A DNA stretch of 63,658 bases, filler included, from Octopus bimaculoides (lineage: Eukaryota): the NCBI RefSeq assembly GCF_001194135.2. It is 7 parts of 6 records of this genome, joined end to end, with 100 filler letters (N's around TTAATTAATTAA, not from the genome) between each part and the next. Parts side by side here need not be neighbours in the genome. Positions count along the whole stretch, not along the records: positions 47,186 to 57,059 come from NC_069001.1; positions 57,160 to 61,857 come from NC_068985.1; 5 more parts are not named here. One strand, given 5' to 3'. Both the position numbers and the translations under genes were made by a program. How positions within the stretch are numbered: the first letter of the stretch is position 1; every line of letters begins with the position of its first letter. The notes beneath the pieces were generated by a model. The model was not told where the DNA came from. It did no database searches and saw nothing but the letters and a program-made list of their open reading frames with translations. Shown in pieces: positions 49,196-61,957 of the stretch.

Positions 49196-52100
49196 ATTTC
49201 TAACATCTGCTTTCCATGCTGGCATGGGTTGGATGGTTTGACTGAGGACTGGCAAGCCAGGAGGCTGCACCAAGCTCCAATCTGATCTAGCAAGGTTTCT
49301 ACAGTTGGATGCTGTTCCTAAAGCCAACTACACTGAGAGTGTAGTGGGTGCTTCTTATGTGCCACTGGCACGGGGGCCAGTCAGGTGGCTCTGACATCAA
49401 CCACACTCAGATGGTGCTTTTTACATGCCAGTCAGGCGGTGCTGGCATTGACCACGGCAATGATTTAGGTTGACTCAATAGCTCTTCTTAAGCACAGCAT
49501 ATTGCCTGACGATTGAAGGGTACTTTTAAATGGGCCTGTTATGCGACACTGGCATAGGCCAACATTATGATATCACTTGGCTTGCCGGGTCTTCTCAAGC
49601 ACAGCATATCTCCAAAGGTTTCAGTCGCTTGTCATTGCCTCTGTGAGGCCCAACGTTTGAAGGTCATGTTTCATCCCAAGTCTTCCTTCTTTCACCACCT
49701 CATCCTAAGTTTCACTTCCCCGTCCCACCTATTCCACAGGTCCCCTCCACTATTAGGGTATGACACTTCTTCACATAGCTGTCCTCATACATATGTAACA
49801 CATGACCATACCAGCGCAGTTGTCTCTCTTACACACCACATCTTATGCTTCTTATGCCTAACTTTTCTTTCAGAGCAATTACACTCTGTTGTGTATGCAC
49901 ACTGACATTACACGTCCAATGGAGCATACTAGCTTCATTTCTTTCAAGCCTAGCATGTCCTCAGCATTCACAGCCTATGTTTCACTGCCATGTAGCATGG
50001 CTATTCGCACAATCTGAGCAAGAGGTCCTTTGTTACCAGCAGAGGTAAGGGCACTCTGAACTTTGCCCTGGCTATTCTTATTCTAGCAGTTACACTCAGA
50101 GCCTCCACCGCTGATACTGACTTGGTCACCTAGGTAATGGAAGCTATCAACTACTTCTAGTTTTTCTCCCTGCAATGTGACAGAAGCTGTTTTCTGCACA
50201 TTTTCAATGTTTGTTTCCCCCTCTGTATTTTCCACATGCAGATATTATCTTCCCAGTTAACCTTCCTTTGATATTGCTGCACCTCTTATGTGTCCATAGC
50301 TTACACTATCTTATGGAATTTCTACCTATGCCTTTTCTACAGATCGAGCAGAGCCATCTACCTGAAGGGATTTGTGATTTGTCTTCCTTCCTACTTACTA
50401 AAACTTTGGTTTTTGCTACATTGACTCTAAGGCCCTTCGATTCTAGACCTTGCTTCCACCCCTGAAACTTCTCTAGTTCTGGTAGTGACTCAGCTATTAG
50501 AGCAAGGTCATCAGCATAGAGGAGCTCCCAGGGGTAGCCTGTCTTGAATTCCTCTATTATTGCCTGGAGGATTATGATGAATAAGAGGGGGCTGAGGACT
50601 GATCCTTGGTGAACCCCTACTTCTACTCGGAATTCTTCACTATACTTGTTGCCAACCCTCACCTTACTGACAGCATCCCTGTACATGGCTTGTACATCTC
50701 TCACCAACCACTCATCTATCCCTAGTTTCTGTATTGACTACCAGATGATAAGGGATCAGAGGACCCTATCAAAGGCTTTCTCCATGTCAATGAAAGCCAA
50801 GTACAGAGGTTTATCTTTGGCTAGGAATTTCTCCTGCAGCTGTCTTACCAGTGGTGCTCCTCCCTGGCACAAATCCAAGCTGCATCTCATCTAAACTAAC
50901 TCTCTCTCTCTAATTTGTTGGACTATGACCCTCTCCGTGACTTTCATCACCTGATCGAACACTTTGATACCTCTTTAATTATTCCTATCTAGTGCGTCAC
51001 CTTTTCCTTTGTAGCAGTTGACTATGGTGCTGCTACACCAGTCATTGGGTATGACTTCTTCATGTATCATCTGGTTGACTATATGGGTGACTAGCCTATA
51101 GCCTACACTGCCAGATATTTTAAGCATCTGTGCAGTGATTCCTGATGGGCTGGTGTGCTTTCCATGTTTTCATACCCTTAATTGCTTTATCTACCAAGTT
51201 ACTGTCAATTTGGATAGCTAGTCCCTCTGTCAGGTTGACATTTGGCAGACTGTTTTTCTCCCATTCATTCTCTTCTTTTAGCAACTTTTCATAGAGGCAT
51301 TTCCAATTCTCTCTCTTTGCAGCCTCATTAAATGCAAGTGAGCCATCATCCATGTGAACACATTTCTCTCCTATGACATCATGATTCTCTGTCTTGCAAC
51401 ATGAAACACTTCAAGTCTTTGGTCCTCATGGCGCAGAACATTGGCAAATTTTTTCTTATCTGCTTTCCCTCTGGCTAAGTAAACCTGTCTCCTAGCTTCC
51501 TTTCTGGTGATCTGGTACAGTTCCTTACTACCACCGCTCTTCCAGTCCTTCCAAGCCTGTTTCTTTTCCCTAATGATCCTGTCAACTACATTGTTCCACC
51601 ACCACGTTACCTTAGGTCAAAAGGAGACTTTGCACCAGCCAGAGATCTGGTCAGTAGCCCTCAACAAGTTGTCCTGTAGAAACCTCCAGTTGTCTTCCAC
51701 ATTATGTGATGCTATATCTTCTTCTTTTTCATCCAAAGCATCAAGTAATACATCTCTAAATCTCTGTCCATTCAGAGGATCCTTAAGCTTCCATACCCTT
51801 CTTTTCCATGCTGGTTGTCTTCTAGGCATCCATTCAGCCCTGATCCTGAAGTCACTAACTACTAACCTATGTTGTGGGGTGCATTCTTCACCAGGAAGGT
51901 TTTGGCATTTATAAGTTGCCATCTTTCCTTTTTCCTGGTTTCAAATGTAGTCAATCTGACTAGTGCGTCCACCAGGAGCATAAGCCGAGATAATGATTGC
52001 TAATCCATATTGCAGCACTAATCGAAGCATAAGTATTCTATCTCATACTCTGACTACCTCGATTACCTTATCAATCCAGTTCTCTGCGAGAAGTACACCG

Positions 52101-52440
52101 ACGCCCCTAATCCCATCAGTGTTCCCTATCTAAAATATCTTATACCTATGTTCTTTGCCTGTGAGGAATCTAGCAGAGCTTCCTCTCCACCTTACTCCTT
52201 GGATGCAGCACACATCTACACATTTCCGTTCAAGCATCTCAACAATCTCACCAGATCTACCTTTCAATGTGCCAACATTAAGTGTGCCAACATTAAGTGT
52301 GCCAACTCTGAGGGTGTGGAAGGTGTGGGCCTGTAAGACCCTGGGATGGGGAGACAGCAGCATCGTGCATCTGAAAAGAAATCTTGCATTTGGAAGATCT
52401 TGTAAACACACAATAGCCTTCGACCTGCTTACACTACCCA
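49196..52440 (-). mobile_element. RTE-clade LINE, decayed and internally deleted, from the APE start to the 3' (ATG/ATT)n tail
   Basis: LRVGTLNVGTL..GRSGEIVEMLER..VDVCCIQ.VRWRG; GVGVLL; IISAYAP; SQIDY; QHRLVVSDF; GVHQGSVLSPLLF; ELLYADDLALIAES; GLRVNVAKTK. The 3' end has CCAACCCATGCCAGCATGGAAAGC before the triplet tail. Confidence 0.92.
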
Positions 52441-52879
52441 TTTATAAAAGCTGATAAGACAAAGAACGTATATGAAACAGATAGAGGCATTTGTAACAAA
52501 CTATTTTAGACAGTATCACAAAATCTTGCATATAGAATGTACAGAATGTACAGTGATGTTATTGACGAGGCAAAATGTCTAATTACCAAATTAGAGACAA
52601 CAGGAACATGTCTATCAAGGTCTTGTCTTCTAAGTATATAGCTGGTGAATGTCCATTTTCTTTTTGTGATAGTTCATCTTGTGAAGGACCCACTCATATG
52701 TTCTATCCATGCAGCTTATTCTGAGAATGTGTCTAAAACACTTGTTCAAATGCTTCAATTTTCCTTTTATCAATTTTCTTTATAATCCAGCATTCAGCTC
52801 CCATAGGTGACTCTGCTAAATATCAATGAATTGAGGAGTTGCTTTTTGTTCACAAGGAGATGACTTCATTCTAGAACCC

Positions 52880-54260
52880 TATTTACAGATTAATCAGTCC
52901 TACCAAAAGTGAAATAGGCAGCATAAAGAAACTATCAACATTTGTTTTTCTTCAAATTAGAAGAGTCTCTACTTTTAAACATTGGATATGGAAGACATGG
53001 AGCAGTATTCAACGATTCAAGCAAATGAACCCAACTATATATTTAAATAATTTGACATTGTAGTATTCTACCCTTCAGTCTCAAAAAACATCTGCAACAA
53101 ACCCCTTCTACCTCCAAGCCATGAAGTTCAGCAAGCTACATGCTACAATTACTGATTCTGGCATTAATATAATTATGAATGCCAGAAAATTGCTGTTATT
53201 TCGTGACTATTTTACTGGGTGAAAATAAGATGAAGAATAGTTTAATGTAGCAATGAGGTGCTTTAACAGGGCTGAGACTGCTCAATTTGTAGACTTAAAC
53301 ATTCTAAATTGGCTAAACAAAAGAGGAAGCTGATATAGAATTGTGCAGAGATGGTAAACTTGGAGTTGTTCTTAACAGAAGTGGACACAGAATAATAGCA
53401 TGAAGATAAAATAAACTCACCACAATAGTCAAATAACAAAACCTAAAAATTACCATTAATTCTAATCTAAAAATAATTGACTACTAAGACATGTATCTCA
53501 CCACAGACCACTCTACTTCTGACAAACCCAACAAAGAAACCATCTTTGTAAATAAAAACTTCAGTAACGCTCTCAGTTATTAGCAAAATAAGTAGGTGTA
53601 TCTCCAGCTTATTCCCATATAAAACCACTTTTAATAAAGCTGCCCCACCTTATGATATGGCACTTGTGAGATCTAGATTTGCAGAAACAAAAACATCATC
53701 TACCCACTAGACCAAGGAGATGCAGACATAAAAAAGTTTTGTGGTTCAGCGCACCCACATTATGAACTGTGGGTGTGTGTGTCTTTGTCCCCCCACCATC
53801 GCTTGATGACTGATGTTGGTGCATTTACATCCCCGTAACTTAACAGTCCGGCAAAGGAGACCGGTTAGAATAAATGCTAGGCCTACAGAGAATAAGTCCT
53901 GGGATCAATTTCTTTGACTAAAATCTTTTAAGGCAGTGCTTCAGCACAGTAAAAGTTTGTTGCATTTATCTGCCCAACGTAAGATTGCAAATGTTTAGCC
54001 ATAAGAAGAAAGGTAAAACTCACCCACAAAGCCTGTGTAACTGCTCTCTGAACAAGAGATGCTTAAAAGTTTGCTCTCTGGACAATAGATTCCACAACGA
54101 AGAAACAGATTATAGAGTTGATATCTCTGATGCAAGAACTTAATGTTGGCCTAAGATGAAACTCTTTCAAGGACAGACTTATACTGTATATGGCCTATTG
54201 AGAAATAGACAAGATGTAACTTGACATCACTATCTAAATTATCATCTTGAATGAAAAACA
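52880..54260 (+). mobile_element. Penelope-like element relic (RT and GIY-YIG endonuclease), interrupted by a SINE
   Basis: Across frameshifts: RLISPTKSEIG; FDIV.FYPSV; AMKFSKLHATITDSGINIIMNARKLLLF; FNVAMRCFNRAETAQFVDLNIL; IELCRDG; LKITINSNLKIIDY; DKPNKETIFVNKN; ISRCISSL..FNKAAPPYDMAL; then CNCSLNKRCL and YVGL..NSFKDR. Confidence 0.8.
53765..53950 (+). mobile_element. SINE family B, 3' half, inserted in the Penelope relic
   Basis: tgtctttgtccccccaccatcgcttga...gaataagtcctgggatcaattt..gactaaa..aaggcagtgct.cagca. Confidence 0.8.
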
Positions 54261-54447
54261 AATTCCCTTACCTTGAGTTCTTCAACTTTGTTTTCCACAT
54301 TTGTCCACCATAGTCATCACTCCATAATATTACATGACATTACAAAACACACCACATATATCCATTAATTATATTACACACCGCAAAAGACACATTAATA
54401 CATCTTCAGTATTTATTCATATACCATCAACCACTCCTCTACATACT

Positions 54448-54482
<35 letters not shown>

Positions 54483-55298
54483 CATCTACCAGCACTAATG
54501 GCACCACAGATTTACCTGCCTATTGTCAGGCCATATTCATCCACTAACAATATGCACTCCCAGAAATCTAAACAACATTACTATAGACACCATATACCTT
54601 CCACAATGACAGATTGAACTCCACCAGACTCTGTAAGAAAAAGAAATATGAGTTGAGTATGCATTCTACTGTACCTTCTACATTAGACAAAACATAATAT
54701 ATTGCATGTAACTGTGACACTTGAATTACTTTATCATGGCTTCCACAGACGATTTAGTGGCATGCAGCTATGAACTCCTGCCTGTGCACTTCTATAAGTC
54801 ATAACCCAACTTGTACATGAGATTGCAAAATGTTCACCACTTCAGACAGGACATTCATAGATTGTGTATGCCATTCATTAACTGACCTACTTACCTAGGG
54901 TTACAAATGTGTCAGTTCCAGTACCAACCCAGGAATTAATCAAGGTTTTTACATATTCAAAACATTTGAGCAGGTGTAATCTATATGAAATGGAAGTAAA
55001 ATTGGGAGCTTATGGGTCCTGCCCTATCACAACACCAGATATCAATGTGGTAACTAAATCCAATAGACAGCCAAAGTGGGACTATTAGTATTAGATATGG
55101 AAACATATGCACAAAACCAATACTTGGTTCATGACCTTGTGCTCAAATGACTTTGCAATCCAGAAAAGAGAGTAGACCATCAGAACACATACCACCTACA
55201 TCATTATTTATATGTTTTAATATACATTCATGTGTGTGTTTGTGTTGGCTCAGTTATATTTGTGTGCAGAAGTGCATAGGTACTGTATATGTACATCC

Positions 55299-55299
<1 letters not shown>

Positions 55300-55332
<33 letters not shown>

Positions 55333-57059
55333 TGTTGTTTAACATCCGCTTGCCATGCTGGCATGGGTTGGACGGTTTTTTATGTGCTACAGGCACAGGA
55401 GCCAGTCAGGCAGCACAGGACCAGTTAGCTAGCACTGGCATTGACCACACTCGAATGGTGCTTTTTACGTGCCACCGGCACGGGACCAGTCAGGCCGGCA
55501 CTGGCACCGACCATGCTCTTCACAAGCGCAGTTTATTGCCCAATGATTGAAAGGTACTCTTAAATGGGCTGGTTATGCTGCACTGGCATAGGCCATGGTT
55601 ACGGCCTCACTTGGCTTGCCGAGTCTGCTCAAGCACAGCACATCTCCAAAGATCTCAGTCACTAGTCATCACCTCGGTGAGGCCCAACGTTAAAAGGTCG
55701 TGCTTCAACACCTTATCCCAGGTTTTCCTGGGACTACCTCTCCCACAGGTTCCCTCTACTGTTAGGTTGTGACACTTTTTCACATCCATACGCAACACAT
55801 GACCACACCAATGCAGTCATCTCTCTTGCACACCACATCTGATGCTACTTATGTCCAACTCTTCACTCAGAGTGCTTATACTCTGTCGTGTATGCACACT
55901 GACATTACACATCCAGCGAGGCATACTGGCTTCATTCGTTGAAAGCTTGCGCATGTCCTCTGCAGGTCACAGTCCATGTTTCACTGCCATGTAGCATGGC
56001 TGTTTGCACACATGCGCCATACAGGCTACCTTTTACTCTGAGCGAGAGGCCCTTTGTCACCAGCAGAGGTAGGAGCTCTCTGAACTTTGCCCAGGCTATT
56101 CTTATTCTAGTAGCTACACTCTCAGAGCATCCACCTCAGCTACTGACTTGGTCACCTAGGTAACAGAAACTATCAACTACTAGTTTTTCTCCCTGGAATG
56201 CGACGGAAGCTGTTTTCTGCACATTTTCAGTGTTTACTGCCCCTGAGCATTTGCCACACACAGAAACTATCTTCCCAGTTAGCCTTCCTTTGATATTGCT
56301 GCATATCTTATGTATAGCTTACACTGGGTACATCCAATAGAGTTTCTACCTATGCCTTTTCTACAGATCGAGCAGGGCCATCTACCGAAAGGGATTTGTG
56401 GTTTGTCTGCCTTCCTACTTATTAGGATTTTGGTTTTAGCTAGGTTTACTCTAAGGCCCTTCGATTCTAGACCTTGCTTCCACACCTGAAACTTCTCCTC
56501 TAGTTCTGATAGTGACTCAGCAATTAGCATAGAGGAGCTCCCAGGGGCATCCTGTCTTGAATTCCTCTGTTATTGCCTGGAGGACTATGATGAATAAGAG
56601 GGGGCTTAGGACTGATCCTTGGTGGACCCCTGCTCCTACTCAGAATTCTTCACTGTATTCATTGCCAACCTTCACCTTACTGGCAGCATCCCTGTACATG
56701 GCTAGCACAGCTCTCACTAACCACTCGTCCATGCCTAGTTTCTTCATTAACCACCAGATAAGGGATTAGGGGACCCTGTCAAAGGCTTTCTCCATGTCAA
56801 CGAAACCCAGGTACAAAGGTTTATCTTTGGCCAGGTATTTCTCCTGCAGCTGTCTTACCAGAAATATAGCATCAGTGGTGCTTTTCCCTGGCACAAACGC
56901 AAACTGCATCTCATCTAGACTGACTCTCTCCCTAATTAGTTGGGCTATGACCCTCTCTGACTTTCATTACCTAATCCAACAACTCGATACCTCCAATTAT
57001 TCGTATCTAATGCATCACTTTTACCTTTGACTATGCTGCTACACCAGTCATTGGGTATG
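55300..57059 (-). mobile_element. Second RTE-clade LINE copy (RT to 3' end), cut by a join
   Basis: Colinear with 49196-51060; GVHQGSVLSPLLFI and GLRVNLAKTK; same 3' terminus before (CAT)n. A 14-nt deletion removes the DD of YADD at about 56525. Confidence 0.92.
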
Positions 57060-57159
57060 NNNNNNNNNNNNNNNNNNNNNNNNNNNNNNNNNNNNNNNNN
57101 NNNTTAATTAATTAANNNNNNNNNNNNNNNNNNNNNNNNNNNNNNNNNNNNNNNNNNNN

Positions 57160-57174
<15 letters not shown>

Positions 57175-57204
<30 letters not shown>

Positions 57205-57372
57205 CATATATATACATATATACGACGGGCTTCTTTCAGTTTCCGTCTACCAAATCCACTCACAAGGCTTTGGTCGGCCCGAGGCTATAGCAGAAGACAC
57301 TTGCCGAAGGTGCCACGCAGTGGGACTGAACCCGGAACCATGTGATTCGTTAGGAAGCTTCTTACCACCACC
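57175..57372 (-). mobile_element. SINE family B, 5' half, CpG-intact
   Basis: cgacgggcttctttcagtttccgtctaccaaatccactcacaaggctttggtcggcccgaggctatagc..gggactgaacccggaacc. Confidence 0.9.
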
Positions 57373-57978
57373 ATGAAAGCAGTGCTCCAGCTTGTCCTTG
57401 GTGGTAATGGCTAAACCAAATTACAGAACCTTTCCAACACGATTACTATTAACAGCAGCACCACCACCGCCGCACCATACACACCACCAACAACAATAAA
57501 GATAACAACACCACCATTATAGCCGTCGCCGCCGCCGCTGTCACTGCGAAATTTCCAGCGCCACCTACACCACTGTTGTTGTCCAGCTGTTGCCAGATGG
57601 CAGCATCACTGAAGTAACTTCCTGTTTGTTCAGGCCGCGACTTTAACGACATTGCCGTACGTATTCGACATTACCGTTTACTGATCCACACCCACCCTCA
57701 CCTCTGTATTATGCACCTCCTTCCCCCGTCCTCCGTCATACGCCTATCTCTTTCCCCACCTCTCTCTCTCTCTCTCTCTTACGCACACGCACCCTTACAT
57801 ACATACACACATTATAACAAATGTCTCGGATCATTGAACTGCCCCCATTATGCTCACATCTAAACCTAACCCCTTATTACCTTCTCCCCATGGCACCTTC
57901 AGTTCTCTAACTATCGTCATCTGGCAGCTAATCTCCAAAATGCGCATCCATGACATCCACCATGATTGCTAATCCAGT

Positions 57979-58009
<31 letters not shown>

Positions 58010-58044
58010 TTAATCCTAAAGTCGAGCATTAACACTCAAAGAAA

Positions 58045-58455
58045 TGTATATCCTTCGCTTGTTCTAGTCATTAGCCTGCGGCCATGCTGGGGTACCGTCT
58101 TAGAGAACTTTTGGTCGAACGAATCGACCCCAGTGCTCTTTTTTTTTGTAAAGCCTGGTACTTGTTCTATCGATCTATTTTGTCGAACCGCTAAGTTATG
58201 GGTATGTAAACAGGCCAACATCGGTTGTCAAGTAGCTACATTATGTTTGTTTGTCTTTGTCCCCTCTATGTAACGCCGTCAATGGCGAAATTATTGAAAT
58301 GAAGTGGCTTCTTTCAGTTTCCGTCCACCAACTCCACTTACAAGACTTTTGTCGACCCGTGGCTACAGTTAGAAGACCATAACTCAAGGTGCCACACTGT
58401 GGGACTGAACCCAGAACCATGTGGTAGGGAAACAAGTTTCTTGCCACTCAGCCAA
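58045..58455 (-). mobile_element. SINE family B, diverged full-length copy
   Basis: Tail (gcggccatgctggggtaccg), 3' half and head (gggactgaacccagaaccatgtgg) are in order. Confidence 0.85.
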
Positions 58456-59084
58456 GCTTGCATCTCTTCCTGCAAATATTTTTTCCTTCTCACCGTCACA
58501 AACTTAAAGGTAGAAAATTCGGGCTTGAGGGAGGTTTGTGTGTTATTTCCCTCACGTTAAGCGACCGGAGAGTGGGCAGTTCTCTCGCTGACCCAGATCC
58601 CCACCTCAATGATTCACGGATTCTTGATTTTCTTTTCAAGTTTATTTTTTACCCCAATATCTATCCCCATTCCGCAATTTCGTTCGTATAGTGGATTCTT
58701 CGAAGTTAATTGCATTGTTTATGGGTACGACAGAATGGATGCCAAGTGCACAATACGAACCAGCTTTCCTTGGGTTAGCTCCCCGACTCTGTATCGAATC
58801 AGCAACTTCTGGTTTTGAGCATAAAAGATAATTTCTCACACCGCCTAATTAATTGTGGAAACAATAAGAACCGTACTGCTTGACCTCGCCTTTTCCTCGA
58901 TATCCTGATGGTCCTTCTCCTCCTCCACCCTCATAATCATCATCATCACCGTCACGAAAACCCCCTCCACCATCACCTAGTTGTTATCATCATCAACGTC
59001 GTTGTGGTCGTCGTCGTCGTCGTCATCGTTATCAGCATCAAACCACACTCACCGACGCCTCACAAAAAAAGCAGAAATGGTACT

Positions 59085-59470
59085 CTCTTTTACTTGTTTC
59101 AGTCATTTGAATGCGGCCATGCTGGAGCACCGCCTTTAGTCGAGCAAATCGACCCCAGGACTTATTCTTTGTAAGCCTAGTACTTATTCTATCGGTCTCT
59201 TTTTGCCGAACCGCTAAGTTACGGGGACGTAAACACACCAGCATCGGTTGTCAAGTGATGTTGGGGAACAAACACAAACACATAAACACACACACATACA
59301 TACATATACATATATACGACGGGCTTCTTTCAGTTTCCGTCTACCAAATCCACTCACAAGGCTTTGGTCGGGCCGAGGCTATAGCAGAAGACACTTGCCG
59401 AAGGTGCCAAGCAGTGGGACTGAACCCGGAACCATGTGGTTGGTAAGCAAGCTACTTACCACAGAGTCAC
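59085..59470 (-). mobile_element. SINE family B, full-length, CpG-intact
   Basis: Minus: GTGGTAAG.AGCTTGCTT.CCAACCACATGGTTCCGGGTTCAGTCCCACTG, CORE-like GGCACCTTCGGCAAGTGTCTT, an internal TA/TG microsatellite, and a tail ending TGACTGAAACAAGTAAAAGAG. Confidence 0.92.
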
Positions 59471-59651
59471 TCCAAGAGGGTTACTAAAGAGTTAACAAAA
59501 GACAGCGACGTGCAGCGTTTCGGCTGGAACGAAAGAAAGCCTGAACCAGATAGGAAGCAAAAGGATCTGTCTGTTTGTCTGTCTGCCTGTAACGCTCCCT
59601 CTCTCTNNNNNNNNNNNNNNNNNNNNNNNNNNNNNNNNNNNNNNNNNNNNN

Positions 59652-59710
<59 letters not shown>

Positions 59711-60454
59711 CTATCATGTTACGATAAAGAACACAGAAATCTGTTTGAGATTTTTGATTAAAAGAATATTTATTTTTACTCTTAACAAAAATGCTGTCGT
59801 TTCTACCAACGACAAACACCAAAACTGTCCGAATCTTGTTCTTGTTGGAATGAGTATGAAAGCATGTTTGGAAATTTCGCCGTATAGGAAAATTCGCCTG
59901 AGACAAATTCGTCATATGGACAACGATAAAGTGTATTGAAACAGCATTTTAAAAAATAATAAAAGGAACGATATGAGGTTCTATAAAAACATTAAATACA
60001 CAAGTCTTTATTCAACGTCAAACATTGAAAAAAAAAAACCTGATGAGGTCATTTAGAACGAAATTTCTTACGGCAAATTTATTTATGATAAAAATGGTTA
60101 CAGCAAATTGTCCTATAACCGTATGTTTTCCCACCCTCTCTCTCTCTCTCTCTCCATGTACGATGTCTGCAGGAGCCAGCAGTCATGGCCTCTATGTCAA
60201 AACCTGAAGATTCATGATCTTTCTTTATTTTTCCGTTGCATTCGGTTGATTTCTTCACTGTTTACTCTGTTAGTCTCCTACTCTCCTGAGCTTGCTTTTG
60301 AGACAGAGAATCTCTCTAGCTCTTAAGCAGGGGACTGGCTCATGTGACATCAAGACATGTCCACACACACATGGTTGAACAGTGCTACACATGTTCAGGG
60401 CCAGCCTTCCTCCGAGTCCAGTCTTGTGTATCTTAACCATAGGACAATCCTGTA

Positions 60455-61050
60455 CTATTTTACCATTACTGTCGTTTTAGCAGTAATATCATCCAAGCCA
60501 GAATGAACTTGGAGTACACAAGCATACGGGTGTCAACCTTTCTCAGAGAAATCTCTACACCTAAATTCCAGGATCATATTTTGCTATTTATCGTGAAACT
60601 GCTATAACTGGGACCTTGGCAGTAATATCACCTGAGCCAGAGCGAACTTGGAAATCCACACGTACGCTCATGTCAACCTTTCTCGAAGTCCTTTATGTTT
60701 AAGTTATAGAACAATCTTTTGTTGTTTATCGTAAAACTGCTGTAACTAGGGCTTTGGTAGCAATACCGACCGGCCAGAGTAAACTCGGGAGTACACACAC
60801 ACACAAACACACACGCACACTCACACAAGTCGTTGACAGTTTTTTTCCGGATCCTCCATGCTTTTGTAACAGAGTAATCTTTTCTATTTGTCCTATAACT
60901 GGGGGGTTTGACGCTAATACTACCCCGAATCAGAGCAAATTTGGGAATAATGATGGCTAAGGAATAACACAATTTTCCCCAAAAAAACTTCTGAGTTATC
61001 GAGCTGTAGTCTCACCACCGGATGTAGTTTAATACCTCTTGTTCAGGACA
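60455..61050 (+). repeat. Diverged tandem array of four units of about 140-150 bp
   Basis: Motif (ct)ataactggg..ttggcagtaatatc..c.gagccagag.gaacttgg(g)a recurs at about 60480, 60619, 60757 and 60910. Confidence 0.65.
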
Positions 61051-61957
61051 TTAGCACAGAAAAACCTTAACGCAATGATCTTAAAGTCAAGTATTTTAAA
61101 TACAGCAAAGTAAAAGTTGATCACAACTACGAGATAGTAATAAACCACTGTAATATAAAAGACACAAAAAACCTCCCAAAAACAGTGCTTTTGTCTCAAC
61201 CTAAATCTGACTTAAACTAAACCGGCTCATAATCTATACTCTTGTTAACTAGCGTATATGATTTGCTATAAAACCTGTCTATACGGTTAGATTTATATCC
61301 CTGAAAACCAGTTCTCTGCAAATGTGGTAAACATTTTAGGGGGGAAAAGAAGGAATTCAGCAGATTTTAGCAATGAATGGGAATAATAATTAAGTCAGAA
61401 CTTTACAGGAATTTTATCCTCAATTACCATACTTTCAAATCCTTTTGTTTCCCATTGTGTCATCTTAAAATGTAATTTTATTCCGTTGGAGACGAGAAGA
61501 GATTGCCATACGAAATGTTGAAAACACATGAAAGACACGTGAAAAAATATTAATATTTCCTCTTTCCTTATAGATTCTTACAAACACTTACATAGACACG
61601 TTGCCATGTGTGTGTGTGTTTGTGTGTGGAGGTAAGTACGTGTGTGTTTGCGTGTGTGTGTGTTTGTGTATTCATGCTTATATTGATACACATATGTTCA
61701 CACACACATATATATATGCATGAATATATATATATATATATATATATTTACATGCATATACACATACACACAGGCATATGCATACATACATACATACATA
61801 CACATATATGTATAAACACATACACAGTTATATGTATGTGTGTATACATATATATATNNNNNNNNNNNNNNNNNNNNNNNNNNNNNNNNNNNNNNNNNNN
61901 NTTAATTAATTAANNNNNNNNNNNNNNNNNNNNNNNNNNNNNNNNNNNNNNNNNNNN

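Noticed and set aside
57449-57652. Minus ORF resembling a transmembrane segment followed by RR (protocadherin-like at first glance)
   Set aside because: The hydrophobic run comes from degenerate GGT/GTT/GCG triplets, it stops immediately, and there are no cadherin repeats upstream.
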